Shown piece by piece: positions 31,001-39,017 of a stretch of DNA of 64,000 bases. The DNA comes from Longimicrobium sp. (GTDB lineage Bacteria; Gemmatimonadota; Gemmatimonadetes; Longimicrobiales; Longimicrobiaceae): positions 3,518-67,517 of the forward strand of contig NZ_DATIND010000152.1 of the NCBI RefSeq assembly GCF_035474595.1, written 5' to 3'. Under the pieces are notes generated by a model, which did no database searches, was not told the DNA's origin, and saw only the letters and a list, made by a program, of their open reading frames with translations. A program made the position numbers and the translations under genes. The first letter of the stretch is position 1, and every line of letters begins with the position of its first letter.

Positions 31001-32181
31001 CGCAGCGCGTGGAGGGCGATCCGGAGGCGTGGCCCGCGCTCCCGCCGATCGGCGCGCCGGTGGACAACACGCGGCTGTACGTGCTGGACGCGCGGATGCA
31101 CCCCGTCCCCCTGGGCGTCCCGGGCGAGCTGTACGCGGGCGGCGCCAGCCTGGCGCGCGGCTATCTCGGCCGCCCCGCGCTCACGGCGGAGCGTTTCGTC
31201 CCCGACCCGTTCGGGCCAGCGGGGGGACGGCTGTATCGCACGGGAGACCGGGTGAGATGGTGCGAAAGTGCGAAAGTGCGAGCTTGCGAAAGTAACAGCC
31301 CGGCACGCCAGCATCCGACGCTCGCGCAGCCGGTCACAGGCCCCGTGAACCCCGTCCCTCCCCCAGGCAGTTTTGGGGGAGGGACAGGCGAGGCACGAGC
31401 CAGGGAGAGGGCCAACGATGCGGCGGACGCGCATGATCGCGAGTCCCGCGACGAGCCCACTCTCGCACTTTCGCACTCTCGCACTTTCGCACTTCAGTTC
31501 CTCGGCCGGACCGACTTCCAGGTAAAGCTCCGCGGCTTCCGCGTGGAGCCCGGCGAAATCGAGGCGGCGCTCACGGAGCACCCGTCGGTCGCCCAGGCCG
31601 CCGTCGTGGTGCGCGGCGACGGGGCGGGGAAGCGGCTCGCGGCGTACGTCGTCCCCGCGGCGGGCGCGGCGGCCGACGTGGCCGGGCTGCGCGCGCACCT
31701 CGCGGGGCGGCTTCCCGAGTACATGGTGCCGGCCGCGTGGCGGGTGATGGACGCGCTCCCGCTCACCCCGTCCGGCAAGCTCGACCGCCGCGCCCTCCCC
31801 GAGCCGGACGCCGCGGCGCCGACCGCCCCGATGGCGACGCCGAAGAGCGCCACGGAGCGCGCCGTCGCCCGCGTCTGGTGCGACGTGCTGGCGGTCGATG
31901 CGGTGGGGCTGGACGAGAACTTCTTCGAGATCGGCGGCCACTCGCTCCTCCTCGTCGCCCTGCAGAAGCGCCTGCGCGACGCGCTGGATGCCGAGATCTC
32001 GGTCATCGACCTCTTCCGCTTCCCCACCGTCCGCGCGCAGGCCGCGCACATCGCGTCGCAGGGGGATGGAGCCGCGGCAGGCGCCGACGCGCGCGGCGAC
32101 ACGCGATCCGAAACGGCCGCGCAGCCCGGCCACGACCGCGCGGCCATGCGGCGCGAGATGCTGCGGCGCGGGCGGAGGTAG
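25099..32181 (+). CDS. NRPS4: (C(LCL)-A-T)x2; A codes DPENVGAVTK (basic residue-like) and DVQFIAQVVK (Pro-like)
   Basis: ATG 25099 lies 5 nt after the NRPS3 stop. Two C domains (HHIVSDG, HHIATDA), two A domains, two GGHSL T domains. Confidence 0.92.
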   Translation: MSDADRLAALPAEKRRLLEARLRIARDAVSGGGAGALRPRARPDGTAPLSFAQQRQWLLERMDPGTATWNMPVALRLRGALHVPALERALDALRDRHESLRTTFAERGGAAVQVVHPFVPIPLPVEDLSHLDGSEREAEAMRRAQADMDAGFALAAGPLFRARLLRLAAADHALLLCMHHIVSDGWSLGVMERELAALYAAFAAGAPNPLPPPALQYADFAAWQREWLSGDRLDGEVEFWRRALAGAPPALALPTDHPRPPVKSARGARVSVDLPHAVAERLRALARGENATLFAVLLAALRVVLTRWSGDDDVVIGTPVAGRTRMETEALVGYFVNTLALRTPLSGDPPFRALLRREAETALSAFSHQELPFDRVVDELKAPRDPSRTPLFQVMLALRNAGEDGLRLPGLAVEPMATELHVSRFDLTFEAAESDGEINLVCDYDAALFEPSTARALLDHLALVLHRAAESPDATLSAVATWDKKDNAPRVAPNDPASLLWDKKDNVSERSETVVSRFLAAAARTPDAPALAWRDGGMTYAELEMRSAALAAGLRARGAGPETVAGVFAEWSPELVIALLGVMRSGAAYLPLDASLPLERIGWLLGDTHARIVVTTPALRDSLPDGGRFVALVDAAETADRGDWEDGEIDPDSAAWIVHTSGTTGAPKGVVVPYGAVAAHLAAVAEAYGLAPEDRTLGFAALSFDPSLEQVLAPLAVGASVALRDAEPWTPEELARRLPALGVTVANLPTPYWHQLVREPEAAAAVKRSVRLLVAGGEAMHPDAVRAWDALPGGAALLNAYGPTEAVVTATFFPVRDGFAAADPARVPIGAAIAGREPRVVDAMLRAVPNGAPGELCLGGPALARGYLRAPALTAERFVPDPFSREAGARMYRTGDRVRWCESAKVRQCESINSALPHPTLTPMDAGPANPVPPPGSFGGGTGEERARERARGGAETRTADSCDVSTFALSHSRTFAPSLALDLLGRTDAQVKISGARVEPGEVEAALRALPDVAECAVAARADASGEMRLAAYVVPRGELDAAAVRAALAARLPAWLVPSAIVPIGAIPRTATGKIDRRALPPPDFAAASARGEPPVTEDERMLAAIWAEVLGADAIAASDNFFERGGHSLMATQVVSRVRSLLGVELPMRAVFESPVLRDQARRLGALRGAGEMEQAGDAAPARTEAAGALPLSFAQERLWFIDRMEPGSAAYNVPAVLDVTGPLDVAALERALGEIVRRHEPLRTVFAIEGDAPVQVVQPFTGFHLPVTDLSRLPAEVRELETERALAAEARAPFDLAAGPVFRARLIRQGEREHVLSLVLHHIATDAWSGGIILRELEALYDAFRRGQPSPLPPLPMRYAEFAARQRQWLSGPALERQLEFWRARLAGAPALLELPADRPRPAVQDTAGALLPFVLPADAATLARAAARREGATLFMVLLAAFQALLHRWTGEEDVVVGTPIANRARPELEGLAGFFGNTLALRGDLSGDPTFAALLRRVRDATLDAYAHPDVPFEKLVDALKVPRSLSHAPLFQVMLTVQNTPAGDGDALGEARLRPRRVETATSRFDLTLILFEAEDGRIRGWAEYATALFDESTIERLTRHLGTLLREAAASPGIPISHLSLLSGEERGQLLRGLNRTDRPRAAETAHALVAAQAARTPDAAAIEHQGERVTYREMEARANRLAHRLRRLGVGPDARVAVAMERSVEMVIATLAVAKAGGCCVAVDPAYPADRVAYMLADSRAAVVLTTSDVAARLASSAARVLRIDAEREEIAREPADDPRVEVDPENLFYVLYTSGSTGRPKGAALPHRAVANLLRWQIERWGDAAPVRTLQFASLSFDVAFQEIYATLASGGTLVLIDDDTRRDPEALMRHLREHRIERLFLPFAALQNLVEGTGKRGQGTGNGDPASSAAHLPDLREVITAGEALRSTPQLRAFFRANPQAALENQYGPSETHVVSAQRVEGDPEAWPALPPIGAPVDNTRLYVLDARMHPVPLGVPGELYAGGASLARGYLGRPALTAERFVPDPFGPAGGRLYRTGDRVRWCESAKVRACESNSPARQHPTLAQPVTGPVNPVPPPGSFGGGTGEARARERANDAADAHDRESRDEPTLALSHSRTFALQFLGRTDFQVKLRGFRVEPGEIEAALTEHPSVAQAAVVVRGDGAGKRLAAYVVPAAGAAADVAGLRAHLAGRLPEYMVPAAWRVMDALPLTPSGKLDRRALPEPDAAAPTAPMATPKSATERAVARVWCDVLAVDAVGLDENFFEIGGHSLLLVALQKRLRDALDAEISVIDLFRFPTVRAQAAHIASQGDGAAAGADARGDTRSETAAQPGHDRAAMRREMLRRGRR
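26541..26616 (+). repeat. 19-nt repeat GTGGGACAAAAAGGACAAC x2 (third copy at 35342-35360)
   Basis: Identical copies at 26541, 26598 and 35342, each read as WDKKDN. Confidence 0.9.
27798..28042 (+). repeat. In-frame palindromic A7-A8 insert, copy 5 (81 codons)
   Basis: Same arms and core. Confidence 0.95.
30803..30840 (+). repeat. AGGGGAC heptamer array in frame in the NRPS4 second A domain
   Basis: Encodes GTGKRGQGTGNG. Confidence 0.85.
31260..31492 (+). repeat. In-frame palindromic A7-A8 insert, copy 6 (77 codons)
   Basis: Same arms and core. Confidence 0.95.
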
Positions 32182-32552
32182 GAGCATTGGTGCGGGGAGA
32201 GGGTGCGGAGCGCGCCCGCGGCGCCGCGCCCTCTCCGGCCGGCTTAGGCCGTCCACCTCTCCCGTACCGGGAGAGGTAGCTGGGTGGGATTGGTGCTGGG
32301 GGGCTGCATCCTGCCCGCCTAACCGCGGAGAAGCCTCCGGAGGCGCGGGGATGCTTGAGTAGGCCACGCATCAAGCGGTCACCCGACGAATGCGCCACCA
32401 CCTGAGCGCCGCGACCGAAGTTACCCCCTCCCGTTATCGAGAGAGGGGACGCGGCCCCAGCCGCGGGGGGAGGGCCCAAGGGGGCGCGGCCGAAGCGCCA
32501 TCAGTGGGTCGCACGACAGCAGGATTGAGTAGCTCATCACAGGATTGAGTAG
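32182..32552. repeat. Intergenic composite REP-like cassette 3
   Basis: Unit A 32225-32284, unit C 32416-32476. Confidence 0.85.
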
Positions 32553-35500
32553 ATGACCGCACACGACTCGATGCACGAGCCAGATAAATCCCTCGCCGCG
32601 TCCGCCGCGTCCGCCGCGCCCGATGCTTCCGATCCCGGCGGCGACTTCGACGTCGCCGTCATCGGCATGTCGGGGCGCTTTCCCGGCGCGGACGGCATCG
32701 ACGAGTTCTGGGCCAACATCCGCGACGGCCGCGAGTGCATCACCCACTCCACCCGCGACGAGCTGCGCGCCTCCGGCCATCCCCCCGAGATCGCCGACGA
32801 TCCCCACCTCGTCCCCGCGACCGGGCGCCTGCGCGACGTGCAGCACTTCGACGCCGCGTTCTTCGGCTTCAGCCCGCGCGAGGCAGAGGCGCTGGAGCCG
32901 TCGCACCGCATCTTCCTGGAGTGCGCGTGGGAGGCCATGGAAGACGCGGGGTACGACCCCTCGCGCGCGGGCGGCGCCGTCGCGGTGTATGCCGGCGCGG
33001 CGGGGCACGGCTACACCGAGCTGAACGTGCGCGGCAGCGCCGCGGCCACTGAGGGGATGACCGGGCTGCAGCTCAGCATGGCCGGCGGCGCCGACTTCCT
33101 GGCCACGCGCACGGCGTACAAGCTGGACCTGCGCGGCCCCGCGGTGACCGTGCAGACCGGGTGCTCCACCTCCCTCGTCGCCGTCCACCTCGCGGCGCAG
33201 AGCCTCCTTCGCGGCGAGTGCGACCTGGCGCTGGCCGGCGGCGCCTGCGTGCACATCCCCGACAGCGGCTACATCTGGAGCCCCGGCGGCCCCGCCTCGC
33301 CCGACGGGCACTGCCGCGCCTTCGACGCCGCGTCGGCGGGGATGGTGGGCGGCAACGGCGCGGGTGTGGTCGTGCTCAAGCGCCTGGCCGACGCGCTCCG
33401 CGACGGCGACGCCATCCGCGCGGTGGTCCGCGGGAGCGCGGTGAACAACGACGGGGCGGGGAAGGTGGCCTACACCGCGCCCAGCGTCGATGGCCAGGCC
33501 GCCGTCATCGCCGAGGCGCTGGCGCTCGCGGGCGTCGATCCCGCCACGGTCGGTCTCGTCGAGACGCACGGCAGCGGCACCGAGCTGGGCGATCCCATCG
33601 AGGTCGCCGCGCTCACCCGCGCCTTCCGCGCCACCGTCGAGCAGGGCGAAGGCTGGTGCGCGCTGGGCGCGGTGAAGACCGCCATCGGCCACCTGGACGC
33701 GGCCGCGGGGATCGCCGGGTTCATCAAGACCGTCCTCTCGCTCGAGCACGCGCGGATCCCGCCGGTGGTGAACTTCACCGCGCCCAACCCGCGCGTTCCC
33801 TTCGCCGGCTCGCCCTTCTTCGTCCCCGACGCGCCGCGGGAGTGGGAGACGGACGGCCATCCGCGCCGCGCCGGCGTCAGCTCGTTCGGCATCGGCGGGA
33901 CGAACGCGCACGTGGTGCTGGAAGAGGCGCCCGCGGCCGTGCCGTCCGGCGCGTCGCGCCCGTGGCAGCTGCTGGCGCTCTCCGCGCGCACCGCTGCGGC
34001 CGCGGATGCGGCGGTCGCGCGGCTGGCCGACCATTTCCAGTCCCATCCCCATCTCCCGCTGGCCGACGTTGCCTTCACGCTGCGCGAGGGGCGGCGCGCC
34101 TTGCCGCACCGCCGCATCGCCGTCGTGCGCGAGGGCGAGGACACGGCGGCGGTGCTGCGCGGCCCGGGGCGCGTCGCGTCCGGCGTCGCGGAGGCGGGCA
34201 GCCTCTCCGTCGCCTTCCTCTTCCCCGGCCTGGGCGACCACTATCCGCAGATGGCGCGCGGGCTGTACGAGGCGGAGCCCGTCTTCCGCGCGGAGGTCGA
34301 CCGCTGCGCGGAGATCCTCGTCCCCCTGCTCGGCCTCGACCTCCGCGACGTCCTCTTCCCCGGCGAGGCGCCGTCCGACGCCGCGCCCGAGGCGTCCGGC
34401 TTCGATCTGCGCCGCATCCTCCGCCCGGACGCGCCCGACCCCGCGGCGGAGCGGCTGAACCGCACCGAGCTCGCGCAGCCCGCCGTCTTCGTCGTCTCCT
34501 GGGCCTTGGCGAAGCTGTGGATGAGCTGGGGGATCGCTCCCGAGGCGGTGATCGGCCACTCGCTGGGCGAGTACGCAGCGGCGTGCGTCGCCGGCGTGCT
34601 GTCGCTGGAGGACGCGCTGGCGCTCGTCGCCGGGCGCGCGGCGCTCATCGGGCGCCTCCCCGGCGGGGCGATGCTCGCCGTCTCCGCCGCGCCGGACGCG
34701 CTCCATCCCCATCTCCCGCAAGACGTTGCGATCGCCACGGTGAACGCGCCGGAGCTGTGTGTGGCCGCGGGGCCCGAGGCGGGGATCGCCGCACTGGAAC
34801 GGCGGCTGGGGGAGATGGGGATCACGGCGCGGCGGCTGGCCACCACGCACGCCTTCCACTCGCCGATGATGGCGCCCGCGGCGGACGCGCTCGCCCGCCT
34901 CGCCGCGTCCGTGCGCCTGCGCCCGCCGCGCATCCCCATCATCTCCAACGTCACCGGCACCTGGCTCACCGACGCCGAGGCGACCGACCCGGCGTACTGG
35001 ACGCGCCACCTCCTGGGCACCGTCCGCTTCGCCGAGGGTGCGGGCGCGCTGCTGAGCGAGCCGGGGCACGTGCTGCTGGAGGTCGGCCCCGGCCAGACCC
35101 TCTCCACCTTCGTCCGCCAGCGCGCGGACGGCGGGGAAGCGGCGCCCGCCGCCGTCGTCCCCTCCCTCCGCTACGCGTACGACCGGCGCCCCGACCAGGC
35201 GGTGCTGCTCGACGCGCTCGGGCGGCTGTGGATGGCGGGCGTGGCGCCGGACTGGAGCGCGTTCCGCGGCGGCGAGCGCCGCCGCCGCGTCCACCTCCCC
35301 ACCTACCCGTGGGACCGGCAGCGCTACTGGATCGACTGGATGTGGGACAAAAAGGACAACAGGAGGGAGACGGGGGAAGGGAAGCGCGCCGACCCCGCCG
35401 AGTGGACGTACGTACCCACCTGGACGCGCACCCCCGCCGCATCTCCCGACGAAACTGTTTCGCGCATCCTCCTCGTCACCGACGGCGGGGCGATGGGAGA

Positions 35501-37109
35501 CGAGTTCGCCGCCGCGTTGTCGGGAGATGGGCGGCAGGTCGTCATCGTCCACCTGGGCGCCGCGTTCGCGCGGGATGGGGACGAATGGACGCTGCGGCCC
35601 GGCTCGCGGGATGATTTCCGTGCGCTTGCGGCCGCGGAGGGAGACAGGAAGCCGCAGTTGGTTGTAGATTTATCGAACGATCCCATCTCCTTCCTCCTGC
35701 TCGCCTCCGCGCTGGCCCACGCGGGGGTGGATACGCGCGTCGTCGCGGTGACCCGCGGCGCGCAGGAGGTGGCCGGCGACGAGGAGATCGATCCCCGCGC
35801 CGCCGCCGTCGCGGCCGCCTGCCGCGCCGCAGCGCTGGAGCACCCCGCGCTCCCCTGCCGCGCAGTTGACGTCACCGGCGACTCGTCCGCGGCCCGGCGG
35901 CTGGCTGACGAGGTGCTGGCGGTGGCGGACGAGCCCGTCGCCGCCCTGCGCGGGCGGCACCGGTGGGCGCGCGGCTTCCGCGCCGTGCGCGCGGAACGGC
36001 CCGCGGCGGCGGTGCGCGAAGGCGGCGTCTACGTCTTCGCGGGGGGGCTGGAGGGGCGCGGCGCCGCGCTCGCCGCCGCGCTGGCGGAGACGCCGGGCGT
36101 GCGCATCGCCGTCGTCGACGCGCGCCTCCCGGTTTCGGGGGAGATGCACCTCTTCCTGGAGATGCTCTCGCCCGGCAACCCCGCGCACGCCGCCGCCAGC
36201 GCGGTGAAGGCGCTCGCCGACGCCGGCGTGGAGGTCGTCACCGACCGCGCCGACCCGGTGCACGAGCTGGACGCCGCCTTCCGCCGCGTGGAGGAGCGCT
36301 GGGGGCGCGTCGACGGCGTATTCCACGCGCTGGGGATGGACGCGCTCGCCGCCCCCGCCGCCGTGGACGAGGTGCAGCCCGCCGGCTGGGCGCTGGAGAT
36401 GGACCGCGTCGACGCGCAGCTCGCCGCGCTGGAGACGGCGATCGCCGGGCGCGCGCTCGATTTCGTGCTGGTGGAGTCGTCGCTCGCGGGCGTCGTGGGC
36501 GCCGTCGGCCTCGCGCGCGTGGCGATGGCGAACGCGCGGGTGGATGCGTGGGCGCAGCGCGCGGCCCGCACCGGCGCGCCCGTCACCAGCATCGCGTGGG
36601 ACCGCGCCGCCGCGCCCGCCGCGTCGACCGATGCTGCCGACGCGCTCTGGATCGCCCCGCACGAAGTCGCCCCCGCGCTGCGGCGCGTGCTGGCGCTCGC
36701 GGGCGAGCCGAACGTGCTGGTCTCCACCGGCGCGCTGGAGCCGCGCATCCGCCGCGGCGCCCGCCCGGCCGAGGCCCCCGCGCGGCGCTACGCCCGCCCC
36801 GGCGACCTGTCCACCGCGTACCAGCCGCCGGAGAGCGACACCGAGGCGCGCATCGCCGAGGTGTGGCAGACGCTGCTGGGCGTGGACCGCGTCGGCGTCC
36901 ACGACGACTTCTTCGCGCTGGGCGGCCACTCGCTGCTCGCCACGCAGATCATCGCGCGGCTGAAGGACATGTTCGAGCTCGAGCTGCCGCTGAAGGTGAT
37001 CTTCGAGGCGCCCACCATCGCGAAGATGTCGCTGCTGGTCGAGGAAGCCATCCTCGCCGAGATCGAGGCGCTGAGCGAGGACGAAGTGAACGAGCTGGTG
37101 GCGGGGTGA
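32553..37109 (+). CDS. PKS2: hybrid-type KS - AT(malonyl) - degenerate KR - carrier protein, paralog of PKS1
   Basis: TGCSTS, HGSGT, GHLDAAAG; GHSLG, HAFH; degenerate KR (FAGGLEGRG, no catalytic Tyr); GGHSL. Confidence 0.92.
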   Translation: MTAHDSMHEPDKSLAASAASAAPDASDPGGDFDVAVIGMSGRFPGADGIDEFWANIRDGRECITHSTRDELRASGHPPEIADDPHLVPATGRLRDVQHFDAAFFGFSPREAEALEPSHRIFLECAWEAMEDAGYDPSRAGGAVAVYAGAAGHGYTELNVRGSAAATEGMTGLQLSMAGGADFLATRTAYKLDLRGPAVTVQTGCSTSLVAVHLAAQSLLRGECDLALAGGACVHIPDSGYIWSPGGPASPDGHCRAFDAASAGMVGGNGAGVVVLKRLADALRDGDAIRAVVRGSAVNNDGAGKVAYTAPSVDGQAAVIAEALALAGVDPATVGLVETHGSGTELGDPIEVAALTRAFRATVEQGEGWCALGAVKTAIGHLDAAAGIAGFIKTVLSLEHARIPPVVNFTAPNPRVPFAGSPFFVPDAPREWETDGHPRRAGVSSFGIGGTNAHVVLEEAPAAVPSGASRPWQLLALSARTAAAADAAVARLADHFQSHPHLPLADVAFTLREGRRALPHRRIAVVREGEDTAAVLRGPGRVASGVAEAGSLSVAFLFPGLGDHYPQMARGLYEAEPVFRAEVDRCAEILVPLLGLDLRDVLFPGEAPSDAAPEASGFDLRRILRPDAPDPAAERLNRTELAQPAVFVVSWALAKLWMSWGIAPEAVIGHSLGEYAAACVAGVLSLEDALALVAGRAALIGRLPGGAMLAVSAAPDALHPHLPQDVAIATVNAPELCVAAGPEAGIAALERRLGEMGITARRLATTHAFHSPMMAPAADALARLAASVRLRPPRIPIISNVTGTWLTDAEATDPAYWTRHLLGTVRFAEGAGALLSEPGHVLLEVGPGQTLSTFVRQRADGGEAAPAAVVPSLRYAYDRRPDQAVLLDALGRLWMAGVAPDWSAFRGGERRRRVHLPTYPWDRQRYWIDWMWDKKDNRRETGEGKRADPAEWTYVPTWTRTPAASPDETVSRILLVTDGGAMGDEFAAALSGDGRQVVIVHLGAAFARDGDEWTLRPGSRDDFRALAAAEGDRKPQLVVDLSNDPISFLLLASALAHAGVDTRVVAVTRGAQEVAGDEEIDPRAAAVAAACRAAALEHPALPCRAVDVTGDSSAARRLADEVLAVADEPVAALRGRHRWARGFRAVRAERPAAAVREGGVYVFAGGLEGRGAALAAALAETPGVRIAVVDARLPVSGEMHLFLEMLSPGNPAHAAASAVKALADAGVEVVTDRADPVHELDAAFRRVEERWGRVDGVFHALGMDALAAPAAVDEVQPAGWALEMDRVDAQLAALETAIAGRALDFVLVESSLAGVVGAVGLARVAMANARVDAWAQRAARTGAPVTSIAWDRAAAPAASTDAADALWIAPHEVAPALRRVLALAGEPNVLVSTGALEPRIRRGARPAEAPARRYARPGDLSTAYQPPESDTEARIAEVWQTLLGVDRVGVHDDFFALGGHSLLATQIIARLKDMFELELPLKVIFEAPTIAKMSLLVEEAILAEIEALSEDEVNELVAG

Positions 37110-37321
37110 GGAAGGAGGAGAGGCTTGGGCGGCAGGGCGGAGACATCCTGCCCGCCCGGCTGGCCCCTCCCCTCGGAGAACTCATCGAGGCGGCACCATC
37201 GCCTCGGAGCCGCAGAGATGGTGCGTTGCGAGTCCGCGAAGGCGGACTTCGGGCCGTTGTTGCCGCGAATTCATTCGCCCCTGGAAAGCCGGGGCGCAGA
37301 CCTGTTCAGCAAACCACCGAG

Positions 37322-38410
37322 ATGACGATGTCCCAAGCCGTTTCGCCGCTGCCGGAAATGCCGATGCCGGAAACGAAGAAGAAGCCCAAGGCCGTGAAGT
37401 GCGTGGTGTGGGACCTGGACCACACCGTGTGGGACGGCATCCTGCTCGAGGACGACCACGTGGAGCTGCGGCCGGGGGTGCTCGGCATCCTGCGCACGCT
37501 GGACGAGCGCGGCATCCTGCAGTCCATCGCCAGCCGCAACGACCGCGACCGCGCGATGGAGCGCCTGCGCGCGCTCGGCATCGACGACTACTTCCTGCAT
37601 CCGCAGATCGACTGGAGCGCCAAGGGGCAGAACGTCGAGCGCATCGCCAGGAAGCTGAACATCGGCCTCGACACCTTCCTGTTCATCGACGACCAGCCGT
37701 TCGAGCGCGAGGAGGTGGCGTTCGCCTGCCCGCAGGTGCGCACCATGGACGCGGCCGACCTGGCCACGCTCCTCGATCTCCCGGAGATGAACCCCGAGTT
37801 CATCACCGACGACAGCCGCCGGCGCCGCGAGATGTACCGCGCCGACATCGAGCGGCAGCAGGCCGAGGAGACCTTCGCCGGCCCCAGCGAGGAGTTCCTG
37901 CGCGGGCTGCGGATGCGCTTCACCCTGGCCCCGTGCGGCGAGGAAGACCTGCAGCGCGCCGAGGAGCTGACGGTGCGCACCAACCAGCTGAACACCACCG
38001 GCTACACCTACGGCTACGACGAGCTGGACGCCTTCCGCACCTCGCCGGACCACGTCCTCCTGGTCGCGGGGCTGGACGACCGCTACGGCACCTACGGCAA
38101 GATCGGCCTGGCGCTGGTGGAGAAGACGAGCGCCGGGTACTGGACGGTGAAGCTGCTGCTGATGAGCTGCCGGGTGATGAGCCGCGGCGTGGGCACCATC
38201 ATGATGAGCCACATCATGCGCCTGGCGAAGGACGCGGGCGCGAAGCTCCGCGCCGAGTTCGTCCCCAACGGCCGCAACCGGATGATGGAGGTCACCTACC
38301 GCTTCGGCGGCTTCCACGAGGTCGAGCGCCGCGGCGACATGATCCTCTTCGAGCACGACCTCGCGGCCATCGCCCCCTTCCCCGAGTACGTCGAGGTGGA
38401 GGTGGGATAA
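37322..38410 (+). CDS. fkbH: FkbH-like HAD-superfamily glyceryl transferase (HAD-IIIC plus GNAT-like C-terminal domain)
   Basis: KCVVWDLDHTVWDG, SIASRN, FIDDQPFERE, RTNQLN, LMSCRV are FkbH-family motifs. The start could be 37322, 37328 or 37358. Confidence 0.88.
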   Translation: MTMSQAVSPLPEMPMPETKKKPKAVKCVVWDLDHTVWDGILLEDDHVELRPGVLGILRTLDERGILQSIASRNDRDRAMERLRALGIDDYFLHPQIDWSAKGQNVERIARKLNIGLDTFLFIDDQPFEREEVAFACPQVRTMDAADLATLLDLPEMNPEFITDDSRRRREMYRADIERQQAEETFAGPSEEFLRGLRMRFTLAPCGEEDLQRAEELTVRTNQLNTTGYTYGYDELDAFRTSPDHVLLVAGLDDRYGTYGKIGLALVEKTSAGYWTVKLLLMSCRVMSRGVGTIMMSHIMRLAKDAGAKLRAEFVPNGRNRMMEVTYRFGGFHEVERRGDMILFEHDLAAIAPFPEYVEVEVG

Positions 38411-39017
38411 GGGATGAAGCGTCACAAACCCTGACGTCATCCTGAGGGCGGCCACGTCGCCGCCGGTCCCGCGCCGATGACGGCAGCCCGAAGTATCCAT
38501 AGCCGGAGCATGAGCGTCAGCCGGCGGAAACGCGCGGCGTCATCGGTGCGGGGAGCAACCACCGGTGATCGCCCGGCGCCGCGGCCCTCTCCCCCGGCCC
38601 CTCCCCCAAAACTGCCTGGGGGAGGGGAGACCTCATCGCGAGGAGAGTCGGCGGCTCGATTCAGGATTGCATCCTGCCCGCCTGGCTGGCCCCCTCCCCC
38701 CGGCCCCTCCGCCCGCTCCGCGGGGGAGGGGAGGACTCAACGCGGGGAAGGCTTCGGCGCCGCGCGGGGATGCTGGAGCGGGCAACGCATCACACCACAG
38801 CTGAAGCGTACGCCACCACTTGCGCGCCGCAATCGAAGGTACCCCCCCCGTTATCGGGAGGGGGGTACGCGGCCCCAGCCGCGGGTGGAGGGCCCCACGG
38901 GCGCCGCGGAAGGGAGCTGATGCCTGGTATGCGGTGAGTTCGATCGGCTAATCGGTGATTTCAGCCGTGCTGGCAAGTGCGAGGGGATCCAGTCACCACC
39001 ATCCCAGCGAGCACCCC
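38411..39017. repeat. Intergenic composite REP-like cassette 4, including a free copy of the insert core hairpin
   Basis: GTCATCCTGAG half-element near 38433, core hairpin 38582-38627, unit B 38676-38746, unit C 38833-38893. Confidence 0.85.
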
